DNA from: Deltaproteobacteria bacterium
Lineage (GTDB): Bacteria > Myxococcota_A > Polyangia > Fen-1088
Direction: 5' to 3'
Length of the DNA: 64,000 bases
NCBI GenBank assembly: GCA_033763315.1
Contig: JANRKS010000022.1
Coordinates: 107,166-171,165, forward strand
Shown: piece after piece, positions 29,351 through 38,814 of the stretch
Numbering within the stretch: the first letter of the stretch is position 1
Layout of the letters: the number at the start of each line of letters is the position of its first letter
Notes under the pieces: model-generated
The model's input: only the letters and a program-made list of their open reading frames with translations
Told to the model about the DNA's origin: nothing
Databases searched by the model: none
Translations under genes and position numbers: made by a program

Positions 29351-32300
29351 TCAATTTCCCGGGCGGTTTTCAGGAACGATCAGCACCACTTCGGTTCCTA
29401 AGCCTGGACTTGAATCAACCCGAACAGTGCCTCCTGCACGAATGGCACGCTCCTGCATTCCAATCAAGCCAAAATGCCCTTGCACGATGGTATCGTTTGA
29501 ACGATCAAAACCTTTTCCATCGTCGGTGACTTTCAGGCGAACGCCGTTGGCGGTGCGGTCAACATCAATGACCATGTGACGCGCGTTCGCATGCGTAAAG
29601 CAATTGATAAGAGCTTCGCGGGCGATCTGGGTGGCTTCGTCAACCACATGCGGCGGCAGGAAAAACGGTTGCCCCGTGATTCGCAACGCGACCTGTGGCG
29701 CAGCGCCGCCAAACTGCGTCTTCAGTTCGCGGACCAAGGCTTTGATGGCTTCGTCCAGTCGCGGCGGCTCAAGCGTTTGTGTTCGCAACCGCCAAATCGA
29801 CTTGCGTGTCTCTGCCCGCGTTTGCTGAAGAATGTTTTCAAAGCCAGCCATGGCTTCGGCCGCTGTTTTGTCCGCGTTCTTCAGATCACCCTTTAAGACC
29901 TCTAGGTGGATCGCAAGCGACGCAAAGGCTTGCCCCAGATGATCGTGCAAGTCTCGCGCGATGCGCGCCCGCTCGTCTTGTATGGCTTGGTAGCGCGCAT
30001 GCAACCGGCGGGATCGCCACACCAGCAAAGCCGCCACCAAGGTGCACAATACTGCCACTGCCAACAGCTGCACCCACAGGCGCTTGTAGAACGCCCGCTG
30101 CAGACACAGCGCCTGCGTCGCCGCGGCCGCGGTCCATTGCCCCAGGCCATCGAACGTCCGCAGAACAAAGGTGTAGGCACCCGGCGGCAGCCCTGCGTAC
30201 GAGACTTGTCGCAAGGGACCATACGATAGGTGCCAATTTTCATCGTGGCCCTGCAGCTTGTAGGCGAAGGCCACGCGGTTTTCCGGCCGAAACGTGGGCG
30301 CACTGAATTCGATCGTTAGATCCATGTTGTCACCCAAGGCGTGCAACTCGCTGCGTGAGGGGCTCAACACTTTGCCGTTGATCGTCACCGCGGTGACAGC
30401 CGCTTCGCTTTGGCGGTGCAGCCTTGGATTGGGTGGTTCGATGATTGTCAGGCCCAATGGCGTCGCGGCCAGAAGTTGCCCGGCGGGGTTAACTGTGGCG
30501 GCCGGGAAGAAGCCACGGCTCGTGGTTTGCGCAGGCATGCCCTCCGCCACGCCATAAAGCACGCCGGCCGATGGCACGGGGTCTGTGGTCATCGCCCGAC
30601 GCAGCTCACTCAACGCCACCCGTTCGATGCCACCGGCACACGTGGCCCACATAAAGCCATCGTGCTCAACCAATGTGTGAATTGAATCGCATGGTAACCC
30701 CTGCGATGAAGACACGGATGTGAAACTGGTGCCGTTCCAAAGATGAATGCCACCATCTTGATTCACGCCAACCCACACGCCGTTGTCCTTTGTTTGCACC
30801 ACCGATGTGGCGGCAAGACCTTTGAGCCCCTGTTGCCTGCCTAAACAAACAGGCGCATGGCCGTGCTTAATGTGCACAACGCCACCTCCATCCGCAGCAA
30901 ACCAGTGCCCCCCTTGGCGATCGTGAATGCCAGCGCGAATGGGAGCCCCGCAGGTATCCGCGGCAGCGTAGAGGCTAAGGTCACCCGCAGCCACGGCGCC
31001 AGCGGTGAGCACATTGGGCGACAAACGCGCGAGGCCACCGTGATCAAAGCCGATCCAAAGCTCATGCGCGCGGTCGACTAAGATGAACGACACATCATCC
31101 GAAGGTAAGCCCTGCGCCTTTGTGAGCGGCCGCCATTGCCCTTGCGTGTACATCAACAAACCAGCGGCCACCGTTTGGGGCGCGGGTTCAAAAGGCCCCG
31201 CCGTTGCAATCAACAATGTGCCGTCCGGCGCTTCCGCCAAAGACCCAAGCGCCAGTGCCCCCCACGCGGCAGGTGGTGGCTCCACAAGCCCAAGCCGAGG
31301 TTCGCCCGACGTATCCAAGCGCGCCAAGCCTGCGCTCGTCGTGGCCCACGTGGATCCATCCTTTTTTTGCAGCACCGCGCGCACGTGATTCTCAGCGGCC
31401 GCGCCTGCCAGCGATACGTTCATCACCGCGCGGCTCGACAGGCGAGCCAAGCCCATCGTGCGCGTCCCGATCCACAGGGCTCCCTCCACATCTTCCTGTA
31501 ACGCCAAAATTGCCGTGTTCCTCAACGCCGGCGCCACCGCCTCGATCGCAAAGTCTTCACCATGAACCCGCGATAAGCCTTGCGACGTGCCCACCCACAA
31601 CGATCCATCGTGGCTCCGTGCCAGCGCCGTAACCGCGTTTGCCGCCAAACCATCGGCCTGGGTCAAGCGCCGCACGACGCCTCGCCGATCGAACAAGATC
31701 AGTCCCGTGGGCGTGGCAGCCCACATCCGCCCGTGGCCCGCCAACGCCAACGCCACAACGGGCATCTGGAGCGGGACAGACTCCAGGCGATCGCCTTCGC
31801 GGTAAAACGCACCGAACGGCGTGCCCCCCCACAGGCGCCCTTCCTCATCGGTGGCCAGCGTATAAACGAACGCGCCCTGCAGGCCTTGGGCTTCACAAAA
31901 TGATTTCACTTGTGGCCCCTGCGCCTGTCGTAAGCAGCGGCTGTCGCCCACCCACATCGAGCCGCTTGCGTCGCCCAACAGCGACCAGATCCAGCGGTTG
32001 ACGGCTTCGGGGCCAGTGTGATCTTCCCATGCACCTCGCTGCCATCGGTAAAGGCCTTGGTTGTTGGGGCTTTCATCAAGCACGAGTTGACCGTCGACCA
32101 CCCTCATCAAACTGCCGCCGAGCCCCACCCAGATGGATCCGTCTTTGGCGCCCGCCACGCGAAACACGCGGGTGGACCCCGTGAGCAAGCCTGGACCGCG
32201 AAGCATCGATTCGAAATTGTGCCCATCGGTGCGAAGAAGTTCGGATTCGGTACCCGCCCACAGGTATCCGTCCTTATCAAGCGCGAGGCTGTAAACGGTG

Positions 32301-32419
32301 CGCGCCGGGTGAAGGAACCGCAGCTCTCGGGCGGGTGTGATGTCAGCGGCGCAAAGGCGTGCCGCGAGAAAGACGAACGCCGCCAAGGTTATGCGCACCG
32401 AAAGCCACACCGCTTGCAT
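29351..32419 (-). CDS. Sensor kinase: two-component beta-propeller, Y_Y_Y domain, TM, HisKA_3
   Basis: Repeated D..G.LW.GT..GL; FAYKLQG.D..W...Y..LPPG.Y.F; ERARIARDLHD; DDGKGF; GLIGMQER. Confidence 0.93.
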   Translation of the reverse strand: MQAVWLSVRITLAAFVFLAARLCAADITPARELRFLHPARTVYSLALDKDGYLWAGTESELLRTDGHNFESMLRGPGLLTGSTRVFRVAGAKDGSIWVGLGGSLMRVVDGQLVLDESPNNQGLYRWQRGAWEDHTGPEAVNRWIWSLLGDASGSMWVGDSRCLRQAQGPQVKSFCEAQGLQGAFVYTLATDEEGRLWGGTPFGAFYREGDRLESVPLQMPVVALALAGHGRMWAATPTGLILFDRRGVVRRLTQADGLAANAVTALARSHDGSLWVGTSQGLSRVHGEDFAIEAVAPALRNTAILALQEDVEGALWIGTRTMGLARLSSRAVMNVSLAGAAAENHVRAVLQKKDGSTWATTSAGLARLDTSGEPRLGLVEPPPAAWGALALGSLAEAPDGTLLIATAGPFEPAPQTVAAGLLMYTQGQWRPLTKAQGLPSDDVSFILVDRAHELWIGFDHGGLARLSPNVLTAGAVAAGDLSLYAAADTCGAPIRAGIHDRQGGHWFAADGGGVVHIKHGHAPVCLGRQQGLKGLAATSVVQTKDNGVWVGVNQDGGIHLWNGTSFTSVSSSQGLPCDSIHTLVEHDGFMWATCAGGIERVALSELRRAMTTDPVPSAGVLYGVAEGMPAQTTSRGFFPAATVNPAGQLLAATPLGLTIIEPPNPRLHRQSEAAVTAVTINGKVLSPSRSELHALGDNMDLTIEFSAPTFRPENRVAFAYKLQGHDENWHLSYGPLRQVSYAGLPPGAYTFVLRTFDGLGQWTAAAATQALCLQRAFYKRLWVQLLAVAVLCTLVAALLVWRSRRLHARYQAIQDERARIARDLHDHLGQAFASLAIHLEVLKGDLKNADKTAAEAMAGFENILQQTRAETRKSIWRLRTQTLEPPRLDEAIKALVRELKTQFGGAAPQVALRITGQPFFLPPHVVDEATQIAREALINCFTHANARHMVIDVDRTANGVRLKVTDDGKGFDRSNDTIVQGHFGLIGMQERAIRAGGTVRVDSSPGLGTEVVLIVPENRPGN

Positions 32420-32718
32420 TGTAGCCCAGGCAGAGAGCCCGTCGGCCCAAATGACTCAACGCGTTCAAATGTCGAAAGCCGCCGCTTGCGTTGACTCAGG
32501 GTCCCGCGCCGATTAGTTTGCCGGTCACCATGTCCGCGCTGGATCCTCCGCTCGCCGTCGCCGTCCCCGCAGAAATTGTGACGAACGCGGGCGGCCGCGT
32601 GCGTGGGCTCACGCTGGCCCCCCTTGGCCTTGAGGTTTCGCCCGTCTAAACAGCGAGCTGGTTACCGGTACCCAACACCTTTGTGGGCACGGACTCGTTA
32701 ATGAACTTAAGGAAGACA

Positions 32719-33288
32719 ATGACTTTTCAAGGATCTCGCGTGATGGCTTTGACTGTGGCCGCCACCGTCAGCGTGATGGCCGCGGTTGTGGCGTTCCCCG
32801 CCACCGCTGGTGCCGAAGAAGTGATCGAAATGCTCGACAAGACCAAGGTCGCTGGCGAGATCATTCATTACTACGATGGCGTGTTCACGGTGAAAGCCGG
32901 CGGCAACACGTTGAAGCTCCCCAAAGACAAGATCCGGTCCATCTCCTACAAGCTTCCGCCAGCGCGCCCCGCGTTGGGCACGCCCACCAAAACGTTTCAA
33001 CGTTGGCAAAAAGCGCTTGAGGCGGGTGACCTGGAAACCGTGATCGACTGTTACGCGCTGATGTATCAAGGGCTGCTTGCCTCCCAGGTGGGCGGTTCGG
33101 GCGACGAGATCAAGAAGATGAAAGAAGAGCTCAAGGGTTCTTCATTTAATCTCAAGGGCGAAGCGATCAAAGGCGACACGGCAACCTTGAAAGTTGAGCT
33201 GAAAAAAGAAGGCGCTGCCAATACGGCTGACATTGGTTTCGTTCGCGAAAATGGCGAATGGAAAATGCTGCCCATGCCCATGCAGTAA
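32719..33288 (+). CDS. Secreted hypothetical protein with NTF2-like C-terminus
   Basis: Signal peptide; GDTATLKV...FVRENGEWK; AGGA RBS; strong codon bias. Confidence 0.75.
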   Translation: MTFQGSRVMALTVAATVSVMAAVVAFPATAGAEEVIEMLDKTKVAGEIIHYYDGVFTVKAGGNTLKLPKDKIRSISYKLPPARPALGTPTKTFQRWQKALEAGDLETVIDCYALMYQGLLASQVGGSGDEIKKMKEELKGSSFNLKGEAIKGDTATLKVELKKEGAANTADIGFVRENGEWKMLPMPMQ

Positions 33289-33324
33289 GCCTCAGTGAAC
33301 TTCGGCACGCCCCCCAGTTTGTAT

Positions 33325-36300
33325 ATGAAGCGCCACCTTTCGCGATTGTTTGCCGCCACCGTCTTGCTGCTGTCGCTTGCCGGGCCTTCCGTCGCGCACG
33401 CGTCCGCCAATCCGTTCGCCTTACGGCCAGCCAAAGCGTTGAATCCGTTTGGTGGCATCAGCGCGCAAGTGGCGCAAAACACCAACCCGCCGCGCACCGC
33501 TGCGTCCACGCCCGTGGCCTGCGTATCAGATGAGCAGTGCCCCGATCAAACCATCTGCACCGATGGCTTCTGCCGTGTGCTTGAACGCCCGGTGCACGTG
33601 TTGTTGTTCCGCAAGGACGGGCCCATTACGGCGTTTTGGCCGTTCTATTTTTCTCGCACCGGAACGCCTGGCTACCGGGTTGTGGCGCCGCTCTATTGGC
33701 ACTTTTGGTCGTCGGAGGAAAAAGATCAGATCTTCGCGCCGTTTTATTTTCACTTTCGCAATTACCTGAAGCAAAGCCGCACCACTGCCTTGTGGGTGGG
33801 CCCTGTGATCACGTGGTCGCGGCAACCCGGTGCCTCGTCGTGGGGCGTGTGGCCCATCGTTTACAGCTCCACAAAGTTTGGTTGGGCCGCGCCCTTGTTG
33901 GGATCTTTTAACCTCAAGGATCCCGAGGCCGGCCGCGAAAAGGGCCTGGCCGCGTTTGTTTACTATTGGAGCCGTGATCAAAAAGCGGGACGCGCCACGG
34001 ATGTGTTGTTCCCCTTGGTGTGGAGCTTCCGCTCAAAAGAAAAGTCCTTCACGGTTGGCTTCCCGGTGCTGTGGTCATGGCGCAAAGGCCGTGACGAAAC
34101 CACCTTGCTGTTGCCGCTCGGCTTTCAAACCGCAGACGCACGCAGCAAATTGACAGTTAGCTGGTTCGGTTATTCATCGTGGGCTGGCAACAACCAGCGC
34201 GGTTCGCACTTGTGGGTTTACTGGTATGGCCGCAACAAGGGCAAAGATGATTACGACGTCTTGTTTCCTCTACTGTGGAGCTTCCGGAAGGATCAGGACA
34301 ACGCCACAGTGTTGTTCCCGTTGCTGTGGCATTTCGCAGACGCGCAAAGCCGCGCCACGGTGGTGGCCACATACATCGCCTACCGCAACGCCGAAGGCGG
34401 GTTCCGTTGTTTGCTGCCGGTGTTTTTCCAGGGCTGGAACAACAAAGAGAAATCATCGTGGTCGCTGCTGTTTCCGCTCGCGTTCTGGAGCAAGAAGGAC
34501 AATGGCAACAAGCTGTCGGTGTACACGCCCGTAGGCGGATACGAACGCGACAAAAAAGCCAACACCAGCGGCCTCACCTTGCTGCTGCCGCCCATCTTCA
34601 CGCGCCACTCGGCCCAGCGTGACTTCCAGATGGCCTTCCCGTTTTATTACCGCAGTGACGATCGGGTGGCACAAAGCCACGCCTTGTTGGCCGGGCTTTA
34701 TTACCAATCGAAGGATCCCGAGGGCACCACCGCCACACTGTTCCCGTTTTTCTGGCGCTTCAAAGACACGCAAAACGGCGCCACCGCCACCGCGCTGTTG
34801 CCGTTCTTCTTCAACCGCTCGGCACCGGATGATCACTTAACGGCGCTTGGCTTCGGCTTGTGGGGTTACTACCGCAACCGCGGCACCCATGGTGGTTCCG
34901 CTGGCTTGGCACCACTGCTGTTCTTCGGCCGCCACGATGACGATCGCCACGCCGTGGTGTTCCCGCTGCTGTGGCACTTCTCATCGCCCAACAAGTCGTC
35001 GACGTTGGCGCTGCCTTTGTTCGGCCATTGGCGCGACAAAGATCAGCGCCACACAGCGGTGTTTCCCTTGTTGTATTTCGCAGGCGGCAACAAACAAACC
35101 AGCTACGCCTTCCAGGTGCCGCTGTTCTGGCGCTTCACGAACCACGAAGCCAACACGGCCACCACGGTTGTGGGTCCGGCCTTTTACCGCAGCCGCCCGC
35201 AAGGTTGGTCGGCGGGGCTCTTCCCGCTCGTATTTGCAGGCAACGGAAGCGATCGATCGCACGTTGTGGTGGCGCCGTTGTTGTGGCACTTCCGCGACAA
35301 ATTAAAGGAAACCAGCAGCACATTGGTGGGCCCCTATTTTCACGCCACCAACGGCGGCGAAACCACGGATGCGTTGTTCCCGCTGGTTTATTACCGCCGC
35401 GGCGCAAAGCCCGGTGGCCGCGCGGAAACCAGCTTCACCTTGTTCCCGCTGCTTCACTATAAGCGCACGGCCGACACCAAGCTCTTTGTCTCGCCCCTGG
35501 CGATGTCGAAGACCACGCCCACGCGCCAAGCGGGGTTCATCGGTCCTTACTTTTGGTACAACTCAGCCACCACATCGGTTCGAGGCGCACTGCCCGTTTG
35601 GTTTGACGTCACGAACAAGCAAACCCAAGAGCACACGCGGCTGCTCGGGCCTTGGGTCGCCATCGATCGCCGGGATGCGAAGGCACGCTATTTGTTCCCA
35701 TTCTGGGGCCACTACGAAAGCCAAACGCCCACCGGAAAAGAGACGGGCACGTACATCTTTCCCACGTTCTTTCATCAACGAAACCAAGATGGGTATGCGA
35801 TTGATACCTTCTTCCCGTTGTTCTGGAAGTCGAGCGGCTCGTTCGGGCGCAGCTTGCAGATCGGGCCGTTCTTCACGCGGAAAACCCAGCAGAGCTACAC
35901 GCAGGGTTTGGTGCCCGCCTATTTTTACACGCAGAACGCAGAGCGCAGCCTGCTTCTGACGCCGCTTGGATATTCCCACCACAACTTCAAAGAGCAAACG
36001 GCCAGCACTTGGATGGCGCTGTTGTTCTATCGTGGCAGCACAGCCACCACCCACCGCTCTGTGTTGTTCCCGCTGTGGTATGCGGGGCACGACAAGGAAA
36101 AGTCGCACCAGGTTTTGTTCCCGCTTTATTGGCGGTTTAAAGACGACGTTGAAAAAACCAGCACGACGTTCGCGGGGCCGTTCTTTCACCGGACCAACCA
36201 CACAGCGTCGACCTGGGGCTTAGCGCCGCTTGTGTGGCACACGAGCGATACGCAGAACAAAGCCAGCCGTACGGCGTTGGTGCCGCTGTTTTATCGCTCG

Positions 36301-37137
36301 AAGTCGACCGATCACGCTTCGCTGTTCACGCCGCTGTTCGGCTTCGGCGAATCCCCCAAATCGTCGTGGTGGTACGCGCTGCCGGTGGTCCGGCGCACCT
36401 CGCCCGAAAGCAGCTTCACCGCATTCGCCCCCCTTGGCTTTTGGCATTACAACCGCAGCACCGAGACCAGCACCCGGTTGATTTTGCCGCTGTTGCACTT
36501 CGCGCGGTCCAGCCCCGAAAAATCGCTTTCGTCATGGTTGGGCGTGTTCTGGCGCCACAAGGGCATTGCCTCTTCCACAACGGTGCTGTTTCCCTTGTTC
36601 TTTGATCACAACAGCTACCACGACACGCGCACCACAGCGCTGTTCCCGTTGTTTGTTCGCCACTACCGCGACACTGACCAAACAGCCTACACCCTGGGCC
36701 CCTTGTTCTATCGTCGCTCTTCGCCCACTGAATCGTCCACGGTCCTGTTCCCGCTTTATTGGGACTACGCCAGCCCCGGACACCGCACGCAGTTTCTATT
36801 TCCGCTGTTTGCCAACATCGAGCGGTCCACGTGGAAGGGAACGTATGTGTTCCCGAACGTCTGGTACCGCACAGGCAAAGGCTCCTCCGCAGGCACGTCC
36901 CGCTTGATTGTGTTCCCGTTGTGGGAATCCGAGGTCAAGCGCCCCGGCGATTACATGTGGGAAGCGCTCTTGGGTTTGGTGGGCTACGAACGCGCCGGCC
37001 GCAACCGCTTCTTGAAGGTCCTATTCATCCCGTTTGAAATGCAGGCTGTGCCGCGCACGCAAACCGCCTCGTGGTATGGGCGGCCACCCAAGCAAAAGCC
37101 TTCGCGCGCCTACGGCTTCTCTGGTCACATCTGGTAA
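33325..37137 (+). CDS. Large secreted aromatic 'LFPL[FY][WY]' repeat protein
   Basis: Signal peptide, small Cys module, then dozens of 17-19-aa repeats with a phi-F-P-L-aromatic-aromatic core. Confidence 0.85.
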   Translation: MKRHLSRLFAATVLLLSLAGPSVAHASANPFALRPAKALNPFGGISAQVAQNTNPPRTAASTPVACVSDEQCPDQTICTDGFCRVLERPVHVLLFRKDGPITAFWPFYFSRTGTPGYRVVAPLYWHFWSSEEKDQIFAPFYFHFRNYLKQSRTTALWVGPVITWSRQPGASSWGVWPIVYSSTKFGWAAPLLGSFNLKDPEAGREKGLAAFVYYWSRDQKAGRATDVLFPLVWSFRSKEKSFTVGFPVLWSWRKGRDETTLLLPLGFQTADARSKLTVSWFGYSSWAGNNQRGSHLWVYWYGRNKGKDDYDVLFPLLWSFRKDQDNATVLFPLLWHFADAQSRATVVATYIAYRNAEGGFRCLLPVFFQGWNNKEKSSWSLLFPLAFWSKKDNGNKLSVYTPVGGYERDKKANTSGLTLLLPPIFTRHSAQRDFQMAFPFYYRSDDRVAQSHALLAGLYYQSKDPEGTTATLFPFFWRFKDTQNGATATALLPFFFNRSAPDDHLTALGFGLWGYYRNRGTHGGSAGLAPLLFFGRHDDDRHAVVFPLLWHFSSPNKSSTLALPLFGHWRDKDQRHTAVFPLLYFAGGNKQTSYAFQVPLFWRFTNHEANTATTVVGPAFYRSRPQGWSAGLFPLVFAGNGSDRSHVVVAPLLWHFRDKLKETSSTLVGPYFHATNGGETTDALFPLVYYRRGAKPGGRAETSFTLFPLLHYKRTADTKLFVSPLAMSKTTPTRQAGFIGPYFWYNSATTSVRGALPVWFDVTNKQTQEHTRLLGPWVAIDRRDAKARYLFPFWGHYESQTPTGKETGTYIFPTFFHQRNQDGYAIDTFFPLFWKSSGSFGRSLQIGPFFTRKTQQSYTQGLVPAYFYTQNAERSLLLTPLGYSHHNFKEQTASTWMALLFYRGSTATTHRSVLFPLWYAGHDKEKSHQVLFPLYWRFKDDVEKTSTTFAGPFFHRTNHTASTWGLAPLVWHTSDTQNKASRTALVPLFYRSKSTDHASLFTPLFGFGESPKSSWWYALPVVRRTSPESSFTAFAPLGFWHYNRSTETSTRLILPLLHFARSSPEKSLSSWLGVFWRHKGIASSTTVLFPLFFDHNSYHDTRTTALFPLFVRHYRDTDQTAYTLGPLFYRRSSPTESSTVLFPLYWDYASPGHRTQFLFPLFANIERSTWKGTYVFPNVWYRTGKGSSAGTSRLIVFPLWESEVKRPGDYMWEALLGLVGYERAGRNRFLKVLFIPFEMQAVPRTQTASWYGRPPKQKPSRAYGFSGHIW

Positions 37138-37150
37138 GCGCCGTCTCGCG

Positions 37151-38812
37151 CTATGGGTTGTCGGCCGCTTCGGCAGCCAGGGCCACCTTATCAACACAGG
37201 CGAGCAGATCGTCTGCGCGCACAGGCTTTTCAAGCACGTCCAGGCCCGTGGAGAGCACGAACGCCTTCGCTGAATCGTCCACCAGGCCTCCCGTGCATAG
37301 GATCAGCCGCTTCAGCATCTGCTTGCGGTGAGCCTGCACGTGCTGAAAGAATCCCACACCGCCGATGCCCGGCATGATGAGATCGCACAGCACCACATCG
37401 AACACGGCGCCATCGTCCAAGATCTGCAACGCCTCTTCTGCAGAGGCGGCCACAGTTGTGTCGTGAGCCGCAAGCACGCGCGACCACGATGACGCGACCG
37501 ATGTGTCATCGTCCACCAAAAGCACACGCCAGCGCCGCCCCGAAAGCGCCACGTGCTCACTCGTCGCGCGGGCCTTTTCAGTTTCGGCTGCAGGCAACAA
37601 CAACTCAAAACGGCTTCCCGCGCCGCTCGTGCGAGCCAACCGCAGCTGGCCGCCCATGCGTTGCGCGGCCTCCACCGAGATGGCCAAACCCAACCCGGTA
37701 CCCTGCCCGCGCGCTTTGGTGGTGAAGAACGGATCGAAGATGCGATCCGCAGACGACGGCGGCACCCCGGGGCCCTCATCGTCCACAGCGAACACCACGT
37801 GTGGCCCTTCAGACACAGCCTCCAGATGGATGCTACCCGTGCGGCCCATCATCGCGTCGCAGGCGTTGGAAAATAGGTTCACCAATATCTGCTCCACTTT
37901 GCCAATGTCACCCACCGCCATCAGCGTCTCTGGCGCCGATTTCGTGACGGCCACCCCGCGCGGCACCCGATGCGACACCAGGGCTACCACGCGGTCCAGC
38001 ACGTTCGCGGGCCAAAAAGTTTCGGTCTTGTCGTTCTCCATCCGCGAAAAACCCGACAGCTCTTTGACGATGCGTGCGATCCGTTCCGTCGCAAGCTTCG
38101 CGTCTTGGGTCATCGCGCGCAGTTCAAGCAACTTATCGTTCAGCGATTCGCCTTCACCTTTCGGTGAGCACAATAAAGATCCCAGGACCTGAGTCACAAG
38201 CTCAAGGTTGACCAAAATCGACGTCGCCGGATTGTTGATCTCGTGCGCCACGCCCGCAGCCAAACGTCCCAGCGTCGCCAGGCGCTCTGCGGCCTGCAGC
38301 CGCGTCTGGAGGCCTCGCGCGCGCCCACGTGCCACCGCAAAAGCCACCGCCCGCCGCAGCACCTCGGTGGATAGTTGGTTCTTCTCGATGTAATCGTCGG
38401 CGCCAAGCTCAAGGCAACGTCGCGCCACTTCGCCATCCTCAACGCCGGTTAACACCACCATCGGTGTGTCAGGAAGCACGAGCCGCGTTCTGCGCACCAC
38501 CTCCTCATCGCGCGCGTCGGGCAGGCGCAGATCGAGCAGCACAACGTCGGGAGGCGTTCCCCGCAACGTCAACTCGGCCATGCTGGCGAAGGGGACCACT
38601 GTGTGTTTGCCCTCAGACGCAAGATACGCCTCGATCAAGACCTGATCGCCTGGGTTGTCCTCTAGCAGGTACACACACAACGGCCGGTTGGTGGTTTCCT
38701 CGCCGGGGGGAGGGGGATGCAAAGGCATGCCGCCCCAGGGTGTGTTTCTCACGGCAACACCAGCACTGTGTGGGTGCTGCCTGCGCGGATCTTGTTCGGT
38801 GCTGAAGAACAT
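37151..38812 (-). CDS. Hybrid histidine kinase REC-HisKA-HATPase-REC (start uncertain)
   Basis: LLEDNPGD...LLDLRLPD; VAHEINNP; DEGPG, FFTTK, GTGLGL; VLLVDD...CDLIMP. Confidence 0.92.
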   Translation of the reverse strand: MFFSTEQDPRRQHPHSAGVAVRNTPWGGMPLHPPPPGEETTNRPLCVYLLEDNPGDQVLIEAYLASEGKHTVVPFASMAELTLRGTPPDVVLLDLRLPDARDEEVVRRTRLVLPDTPMVVLTGVEDGEVARRCLELGADDYIEKNQLSTEVLRRAVAFAVARGRARGLQTRLQAAERLATLGRLAAGVAHEINNPATSILVNLELVTQVLGSLLCSPKGEGESLNDKLLELRAMTQDAKLATERIARIVKELSGFSRMENDKTETFWPANVLDRVVALVSHRVPRGVAVTKSAPETLMAVGDIGKVEQILVNLFSNACDAMMGRTGSIHLEAVSEGPHVVFAVDDEGPGVPPSSADRIFDPFFTTKARGQGTGLGLAISVEAAQRMGGQLRLARTSGAGSRFELLLPAAETEKARATSEHVALSGRRWRVLLVDDDTSVASSWSRVLAAHDTTVAASAEEALQILDDGAVFDVVLCDLIMPGIGGVGFFQHVQAHRKQMLKRLILCTGGLVDDSAKAFVLSTGLDVLEKPVRADDLLACVDKVALAAEAADNP

Positions 38813-38814
38813 CG

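Noticed and set aside
33325-37137. DNA tandem repeat, CRISPR or DGR interpretation of the repeat protein
   Set aside because: The repeats are visible only at protein level; there are no identical DNA repeats, spacers or reverse transcriptase.
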